DNA of 63,967 nucleotides, counting the filler, from Stramenopiles sp. TOSAG23-6 (lineage: Eukaryota), in assembly GCA_900128565.1 (NCBI GenBank). It is 3 parts of 3 records of this genome, joined end to end, with 100 filler letters (N's around TTAATTAATTAA, not from the genome) between each part and the next. Parts side by side here need not be neighbours in the genome. Positions count along the whole stretch, not along the records: positions 49,870 to 63,967 come from LT636147.1; 2 more parts are not named here. One strand, given 5' to 3'. The notes below the pieces were generated by a model. The model did not search any database. It saw only the letters and a list, made by a program, of their open reading frames with translations, and had not been told where the DNA came from. Positions 56,931-63,967 of this stretch are shown here, piece after piece. Both the position numbers and the translations under genes were made by a program. Numbering within the stretch: position 1 is the stretch's first letter; each line of letters opens with the position of its first letter.

Positions 56931-59900
56931 TCATATGCCCTCATCTTCCCATCCAAATCGAGCCAAATCTGAGAAAGTTCTTTTAAGGACAACATTCTTA
57001 CCGTCATTTCGTGTTTTTAAAGCGTTTAAATGGGCAGATAAATTAGCCAACTTTATAAAGACTTCTTCAAGTGTCGTTTCTGTGAAGCCCCAGCCTACAA
57101 GGCCAATATTATTACCATCATGAGGCCTTGAAGATGTTTTCTCTTCAGTAAATTCTATATTCGTATTATTTGATGTGTTTTGTGTCTTAAACTTTTCTAC
57201 TTCAGCCTCTAAATTAGTAAAAACATCTGATAAAACTGCTTCTTCTCTAGCTATTTCGTATTTGTATGATTTTCCGATAGGGTCACTCAGTAACTTTGCT
57301 GTTGGAAAAAATCCTTTCACAAAATTATCTACTTCCTCCATTTTTTTTACTGAAACATATTCATCTGTGAGTAGTGTCAAAGTATACCCTCTACCAAAAC
57401 GTATTTTTAACTGTGAAGCAGTTCCTATACACATGATTTCACCCTGTGCCATCACACATAATCGGTCACATAATACATCTGCTTCTTCCATAGAATGTGT
57501 AGTCAAAACAATTGACTTATCACCTTTTGCATTTGATATAACATCCCATAACTTTCGTTTCGCATCTGGATCAAGTCCAGTTGATGGCTCATCCATATAC
57601 ACTAATTCAGGAGAACCAACAAGCGCACACGCAACAGATAAACGACGTTTCATACCACCACTAAAAGAACCCGCATAATTATCTGCCTCGTGCAGTAAAT
57701 CTACTACGCTTAATACATTACACACTACATCATAGAGCTCCTTACCCTGTAATCCCTTCAAACGACCATAAAAATCAACATGTTCTTTTGCAGTTAAACA
57801 CCCCCATAAAAAATTATGCTGAGGACAAACACCCATAATTGAGTGAATATGTTTTAGAGTACTACCTCGAATACTGGCTTCTCCATTTGTATTAGTGCAA
57901 ACATAAGCAGTGCCCATTGATGGTTCATATAGACCAGTAAGCATATTTATTGCCGTCGTTTTCCCAGCACCATTATGACCCAAAATCCCAAAGCATTCTT
58001 TTTGATTTATACCAAATGTTAAATATTTTACAGCAATTTTAGGGTTACTACTACTCGTACCTTGAAAAGCTTTATGCAATCCTAAAACTTTAACTTTAAT
58101 ATTTTTCTTCGTCGAATCATTCTTCGTTTTTGTCTCTTCTTTGTGGTCAGTTGTTGATACAATTGTTGCTGATGCAACACGCAGTGCTTCAATCTTGACG
58201 TCACTTGGCATTGAGAATCCTTGCTCTTTTACAATAATTGGCACTTCAGGTAAAAGTCTGTTTTCTAAGTTACTGCTTTCAATGTCTTCGGGAGATGTAC
58301 TAGGAGTAACTATTGCACTGAGACCTCGAGGAGATTTTTTTTCCTCTTTGGAAATAATTCTATCATTTTCAATACCAATCTTTTTTAAACAAGTTTCCCC
58401 AAAACAAAATAACCAATGTTTTCGTACTCCATATCCTACAACAAATACTTGTTCAAGATACCATGTTAACAACAAACATAAAAACCACGAAGCAACCATT
58501 AAACCAAGACACTCGATCAATGCACCCTCACCTATATCACCCCAATTATTTAAAGTTATAGGTTCTTTAAAAGCACCTGCTAAACATAACCAAAACATTG
58601 CTCGTTGCATAATAAAAGGTGGCCAGATCATAAATGGCAAATATGCAGACTGTGGAATGTCATCCGCACTAAACATTTGAGTAAATATCGAATTACCAAT
58701 TGTCTGTGAAAGAATAATCAATAAAAATGACATAGCAGTTCCAGTACGAACTTTTGCAAATAATGATGATAAAAGAAATGAAAACGCTATCAAAGTATGC
58801 CCCCAGAGAAGAAATACCAAAAGAACAATGGATGTATCATGTATTGTCACAGTTTGTACGTTTGCAAAAGAACCCGTAATCATCAACACAATAATCATCA
58901 GTAAATATTGCATATAGTAAAAAATATACGTGACAAACCAATATACAGACATTTTTAAACCCATCATTTTCATTATCATTCGCAACCTTTCTTCTTTCTC
59001 GTAGACGACCAAAGATACAATCAAATAAATAAATATCAACAGAAATAAAGGGAAAAATTGAAGTGATACAAAATCTAGTATTGAAACTGCAAGAAGGCCT
59101 TGTAACAAATCACAATCTAAAGTACTTGTTTTCCCTCTTAACCAATCATCACGGTTGCATTTAAATACTTTAGGATATGTTGCTTCAAATAGATCAATAC
59201 CTCGGCCAGAATACTGTTTCAGTAAAGCATTATTCATTAACCATTGTGTGCTTATCCAATTAGCATCTTTACCAAGACCACCTTGACCAGAACCCAATGA
59301 AACACCAGCCGTTCCACTATTATTGAAATGACTAATATATTCAAAATGTGCCTGTTCTGGATCCACCACAGTAAAAGCATATGCAGAAAATTGTGAATCA
59401 TACGCATGCCATAAGTAAAACGGTGCATCTTTGTTTTGTGTAGGGTAATAACCTTTTTTACCTTTCATAGTTAATGAATATTCTGTAAAACGTTCATTGC
59501 CATACCAACTGTTGTATAATGAGTCAGATAATTCTTTGCTACTTTTTTTCTCACTAAATCCCAATCCCTCCAATACATCAATATTGATCAGCATGAAACA
59601 CATATTGTCCGTGCGAGTATTTGATCCCGTAAGAATATCTAAAACGTTTTTGCGAATAGTACAAGCGCCAGTCCGAGCACCACCTGAATAAGAACATTCA
59701 AATTGACACATGTCTTTTAACTTTAACATTCGAATAAATTGAGAGGATGCCACAATTTTACTATCTACCATAACTTTTTTAAGTGTATCATCTCGAGATA
59801 TTGCACCTTTAATATTTTCACTGAGAGAACGAACTGCCCCCGTTTCTATGNTTGAACTTGTAAATTTTGACAGGATACCAGATGGAGAGATACTATCTGA

Positions 59901-62900
59901 TTTCGCTTTTGTTATAGATTCAATTATCGTGTCATCTTTTATCGAAGAATTATCAAAATGTTGAAATAATGTATTCCATGCGCCTACTTGACATGTTTTC
60001 AATTTTTCTTTNAAATCAGCGGCGTCAGCGATACCACGTGAAGTATTACCTACAATTTCATTACCTTCAGTATCAGGTCTCGTTGGTCCACACGTATTGA
60101 AATTTTCAGTAACTCCGCTATCTAATTCTGAACTTTGATATGCTCTCTTCTTTTCGTCACATCTATCATCACAGTCATCACCACATTGATTATCTTCCTC
60201 ACAATTATTATCACTGCAAAATGACTTACAATCTAGCGCAGCTTCAACTATCTCATTACATTTATCCAAAGCTTGTTTAAACTGAAAATCAAAATACCAA
60301 TCTTTTAAAGCTTGTGAAGGTTTGTATTTAATACTTCCAATACTATTAGAAGATACACCAGATACTGATGTGTCGGACCAATCAACATGCTCAATTCCTA
60401 CATAACATTCAAAATTTCCACAATTTGGATTAAGTCCAGGTCGACCTCTGAATTGAGCATCAATTTTTCCTACAATTAATTCAGGTTGACCTGTTCGTGT
60501 AGAACTAAATAAATTTGGATAACAAGTGTCAATTTTAGGCCCGTATACTTTACATTTATCAGCAAATTCAGATGAACTACATTTGGATTTCTTGCACTCA
60601 TCAACAACGTATTTTCCACACAAAGCCTCGAGACGAAAATCTTCAAAAACAAGCTTTTCAAGAAGTATGAGTAGTCCCATGATAAATAAGGGGAAAAGCG
60701 CTACAGCTAATAATTGTCCAGTTTGACGTTTTTGATACGCCCAGCTTTTCTTTGCTAATGCAATGGACTGATCACACAAACCTGCTGTTTTACGCCTTTT
60801 AGGACTGATTTTTAAATTATCATTATCATTAATATCATTGATATCGACAATTGTATCGGAATTTTCTGATTTAAAATTATCATCTGTTAATTCCACTCCA
60901 CCGATACCAGTCCCATCTTCCCCACAACAAAAAGAAGTCATACAAGTACCCCAACAACTTCGACAAAAATTTGTTTTTTCCTTTGGTTTTTCAGATAAAT
61001 GCAACTGATGTGTTTGTTTTGATAATTGAAGAAAAACTTCTTCTAAGGTACTCATTCCAATACTAAAGGTATTAATATTTAATGAAACTTTCTTAGATTC
61101 CAACAATTTGAAAAATGAGGCCAATGTAGAATTTGGTACATTTTTATCAATTTGATAAAATATCGTATCTTCCACACGACCTTGGAAAGACGATTCATTC
61201 GGTAACTGTGATGATATAAACTTGACAACTTCTTCTTCATTCTTATTACCATCATTTAAGATTAAAGTCATCCTATACCCCAAACCAAATCTTTGTTTCA
61301 AATGTAGTGAAGTTCCAATGGCTTGCATTCGACCCTTTGACATAATAGCAATTCGATCCCCCAAGACGTCTGCCTCTTCCATAGAATGTGTTGTCAGGAA
61401 AATTACTCTTCCCTTTTTTGCACGTTCTATCATATCCCAAACTTCTCTCCGGGTAACAGGATCCATTCCAGTAGTAGGTTCATCTAAATAAACAATCTTA
61501 GGATTTCCTAATAAAGCAATTGCAATAGACAGCCGACGGCGCATTCCACCAGAATATTTACCCGCATTTACGTCAGCAGCACCAACCAATAAAACATCTT
61601 CTAAACGATTATTAACTTCAGTATCAATGATTTCTTCAGGAATTCCTTTTAAACGAGCAAATAATTCTAAATGTTCTCTTCCAGATATTTGTTCCCATAA
61701 TACGTCATGTTGAGGACATACACCCATGATGCGGTACGCATGATCCTTTTCAACGACAAGAGAACGACCAAATAATTCTGCATCACCAGCAGAAACACTA
61801 AAATTTCCAGTAAGCATATTTATAGTTGTAGATTTTCCCGCACCATTATGACCTAAAAGTACAAAACATTCACCTTCATTCACTGAATACGAAATCGAAT
61901 TGACAGCTGTAAATTCATATCTAGATTTTGGACAACAACATGTGCAAAGATCAAAACAACAATTACGAAAATATTTTCGAATACGACGACAAAAAGATAA
62001 TCTCTGAAATATTTTTTGTCTCGAAATTGTCTTTGTAAATCGTTTTGTCAAACCGACAACCTTTAATGCTATTGAAGGTCTATCTTTTGCATAATCATGA
62101 TTAATTGTTGCCTTCGCTTCAGTTTGAACATCAATATCCAAATCTTCATGTATAATTGTATTTTTTAGATTCTTCTTCCAAGGTATTGCTTTGTCTTGTT
62201 TATTATTTTTTTTGCACCAAAAATTTCTTTTTAGACAAAAAAATATAGGCATCCTACCCCCATAAACATTTGGAATAATATTATCAATATATGCCCCAAA
62301 TATAGAATAGACGAACCATAATAATACACAATACCAAAGATCAGTATTAAAAGACCATATTGCTTGATCTTCTGGATTTTCAGCTTCGTCAAGTGAATTA
62401 TCAAATCTTTCTGACCACTTCATACCTAATTTCGAATCTCCAGAACTTTTATCTATCATTATTCGCAGCATATCATAAAATGGCATTGATGGAAAAAAAC
62501 TTAACCATATTCGATAACTTTGCATTGATTTGTCATAATCAGTAAAGATAAATGATGTTACTAATGGTGATGCAAGGTATGTCAGGATAAAAAATCCTAA
62601 TACAAGATTTCTCGCAGAAACTGTTCGAATAAAAAAAGCCGCAAAAAAAACGGCTAATCCAGTAAATGCCAACATAGTATTGAAAAACGCAAAAAAATAT
62701 AGACCAAAATCATTATCCGTAAAAAATGCAAGACCAAATATGTTCCCAGCAGCGCATAAGGTTAAGGTAATGATAAAAATCATAATTATAAAACAAATTT
62801 GCCAAGATACCCAATAAGCCGAGTCAATCATGCCCACTTGCTTCAATGCACGTCGAAGTTTTCTTTCTTTTTCAGCAACAATGAGACTTACTTGTACAAC

Positions 62901-63704
62901 AAAATTAAATATTATTGCCATATAAAAAAAACTTGGTCCATACTGTTTGACAACGTCAAAAGCGGTGGGTAAGTCCGGGTGTGGGAAATCACTAAACTTT
63001 ACTTTAATTTTTGCAGTTGTTTTAGTAGAAAAAAGTCGTAGAAATGACGAATCAATTGCACTCTGTATCGGTGTTCGAAGATCTCGAGATGGTTTTGAGC
63101 ATTTGAATACACCAATGGATTGGCAAATCCGTGTCATATTCACTTGAAGTGTGTACTTAAAATTTGGTGTTTTTTGTACACTCAACCAGTCGTCGGCAGG
63201 AGGATCAAAAATGATAGCAACGCTTGTAATATTTGGATTATTTACTATCCATGTATTCATTAAGGCTTCACTAGCAAATGCACTGTAACCATACTCTTCG
63301 TCAATACCTTCTGAATTAGTTATTTCAGCAATAGATTTAGCAAGTTCTAGTGTCTTTTGTGTAGATGGTGAAAATACGAAATTACGACAAGGACCAACAT
63401 GAGACGTGCACTTTCGGAAATATGTCGAATCTTCTTCTCGGGGATATCTCGTATCCACAAAAGTTTGGTTATAACTAGAGTTAGATGTTGTTACAGCTTG
63501 CATCACTAGAAGAGCTAATATAAATACTACACCGATTAATAATTGGGCAAAAGTAGAAGTCTTATTCCGGAAGTGCAACAGAAGGTTCTTTTTTGTTAAA
63601 TGAATGACCTGATGTGAGAACTTTTTAGCCCAGGACATTTCCGAATGTATTTCAATGTCGGAAGTGGCTGGTGTAGCATTTCGAACTGTAGATACTGTGC
63701 TCAT
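56931..63704 (-). CDS. Full-size ABCA-family transporter, intronless
   Basis: Two NBDs (LGHNGAGKST/KTT, SGGMRRRLS/SGGMKRRLS, LDEPTTG/MDEPSTG) and two TMDs. Confidence 0.93.
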   Translation of the reverse strand: MSTVSTVRNATPATSDIEIHSEMSWAKKFSHQVIHLTKKNLLLHFRNKTSTFAQLLIGVVFILALLVMQAVTTSNSSYNQTFVDTRYPREEDSTYFRKCTSHVGPCRNFVFSPSTQKTLELAKSIAEITNSEGIDEEYGYSAFASEALMNTWIVNNPNITSVAIIFDPPADDWLSVQKTPNFKYTLQVNMTRICQSIGVFKCSKPSRDLRTPIQSAIDSSFLRLFSTKTTAKIKVKFSDFPHPDLPTAFDVVKQYGPSFFYMAIIFNFVVQVSLIVAEKERKLRRALKQVGMIDSAYWVSWQICFIIMIFIITLTLCAAGNIFGLAFFTDNDFGLYFFAFFNTMLAFTGLAVFFAAFFIRTVSARNLVLGFFILTYLASPLVTSFIFTDYDKSMQSYRIWLSFFPSMPFYDMLRIMIDKSSGDSKLGMKWSERFDNSLDEAENPEDQAIWSFNTDLWYCVLLWFVYSIFGAYIDNIIPNVYGGRMPIFFCLKRNFWCKKNNKQDKAIPWKKNLKNTIIHEDLDIDVQTEAKATINHDYAKDRPSIALKVVGLTKRFTKTISRQKIFQRLSFCRRIRKYFRNCCFDLCTCCCPKSRYEFTAVNSISYSVNEGECFVLLGHNGAGKSTTINMLTGNFSVSAGDAELFGRSLVVEKDHAYRIMGVCPQHDVLWEQISGREHLELFARLKGIPEEIIDTEVNNRLEDVLLVGAADVNAGKYSGGMRRRLSIAIALLGNPKIVYLDEPTTGMDPVTRREVWDMIERAKKGRVIFLTTHSMEEADVLGDRIAIMSKGRMQAIGTSLHLKQRFGLGYRMTLILNDGNKNEEEVVKFISSQLPNESSFQGRVEDTIFYQIDKNVPNSTLASFFKLLESKKVSLNINTFSIGMSTLEEVFLQLSKQTHQLHLSEKPKEKTNFCRSCWGTCMTSFCCGEDGTGIGGVELTDDNFKSENSDTIVDINDINDNDNLKISPKRRKTAGLCDQSIALAKKSWAYQKRQTGQLLAVALFPLFIMGLLILLEKLVFEDFRLEALCGKYVVDECKKSKCSSSEFADKCKVYGPKIDTCYPNLFSSTRTGQPELIVGKIDAQFRGRPGLNPNCGNFECYVGIEHVDWSDTSVSGVSSNSIGSIKYKPSQALKDWYFDFQFKQALDKCNEIVEAALDCKSFCSDNNCEEDNQCGDDCDDRCDEKKRAYQSSELDSGVTENFNTCGPTRPDTEGNEIVGNTSRGIADAADXKEKLKTCQVGAWNTLFQHFDNSSIKDDTIIESITKAKSDSISPSGILSKFTSSXIETGAVRSLSENIKGAISRDDTLKKVMVDSKIVASSQFIRMLKLKDMCQFECSYSGGARTGACTIRKNVLDILTGSNTRTDNMCFMLINIDVLEGLGFSEKKSSKELSDSLYNSWYGNERFTEYSLTMKGKKGYYPTQNKDAPFYLWHAYDSQFSAYAFTVVDPEQAHFEYISHFNNSGTAGVSLGSGQGGLGKDANWISTQWLMNNALLKQYSGRGIDLFEATYPKVFKCNRDDWLRGKTSTLDCDLLQGLLAVSILDFVSLQFFPLFLLIFIYLIVSLVVYEKEERLRMIMKMMGLKMSVYWFVTYIFYYMQYLLMIIVLMITGSFANVQTVTIHDTSIVLLVFLLWGHTLIAFSFLLSSLFAKVRTGTAMSFLLIILSQTIGNSIFTQMFSADDIPQSAYLPFMIWPPFIMQRAMFWLCLAGAFKEPITLNNWGDIGEGALIECLGLMVASWFLCLLLTWYLEQVFVVGYGVRKHWLFCFGETCLKKIGIENDRIISKEEKKSPRGLSAIVTPSTSPEDIESSNLENRLLPEVPIIVKEQGFSMPSDVKIEALRVASATIVSTTDHKEETKTKNDSTKKNIKVKVLGLHKAFQGTSSSNPKIAVKYLTFGINQKECFGILGHNGAGKTTAINMLTGLYEPSMGTAYVCTNTNGEASIRGSTLKHIHSIMGVCPQHNFLWGCLTAKEHVDFYGRLKGLQGKELYDVVCNVLSVVDLLHEADNYAGSFSGGMKRRLSVACALVGSPELVYMDEPSTGLDPDAKRKLWDVISNAKGDKSIVLTTHSMEEADVLCDRLCVMAQGEIMCIGTASQLKIRFGRGYTLTLLTDEYVSVKKMEEVDNFVKGFFPTAKLLSDPIGKSYKYEIAREEAVLSDVFTNLEAEVEKFKTQNTSNNTNIEFTEEKTSSRPHDGNNIGLVGWGFTETTLEEVFIKLANLSAHLNALKTRNDGKNVVLKRTFSDLARFGWEDEGI

Positions 63705-63967
63705 CTACTTGCAAATTTTCAAGAAGAAACAGTTTTACTCTAATATCTAAAATCAAGGATGATTGGGACACAATTTGAGCCATATGGTGTGCCTCAAAAA
63801 AATCCGAAAAAAATCACCCACAGTACCGCACGGATTTCGTGTTTTTGAACCTGTTTTCGAGTTAATTTTCCATAATTTTTTTTTAATATGCAATAAAATA
63901 TAATGAATTCTTGATTGTTTATTTAGATGAACCTACTACTGGAATGGATCCTGTTACCCGGAGAGAA

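Noticed and set aside
63913-63967. Exact 55-nt inverted copy of ABCA coding sequence 61443-61497 upstream of the gene
   Set aside because: Sits at the window end and looks like a fold-back chimera from whole-genome amplification or assembly; not accepted as biology without reads.

Overview
AT-rich eukaryotic nuclear DNA, most likely a flagellated protist (CEP76, kinesin-4, EF-hand proteins, interstitial TTAGGG repeats). The lineage cannot be fixed from sequence alone. The window is three contigs (1-24914, 25015-49769, 49870-63967) joined by artificial N44-TTAATTAATTAA-N44 linkers and holds about 25 protein-coding genes. The main signal is a family of about 40 homologous inserts, mostly 85-145 nt, all in the sense orientation of their host genes. 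Removing them restores reading frames and conserved motifs. They have a GTA(T/C)GT donor, a TTCGTACGAAATTTTGTACCTAAC core with a branch-point-like CTAAC, and a GAAATATTTTTCCAAAATACAT end. By my hand count 32 of 39 visible 3' ends are AT rather than AG, giving a GT-AT intron system with rare AT-AC, GC-AT, GT-GC and GT-GG variants. The inserts look like an Introner-type expansion, and no unrelated canonical intron was found. Splice junctions are inferred from reading frame and protein motifs, not from RNA data.
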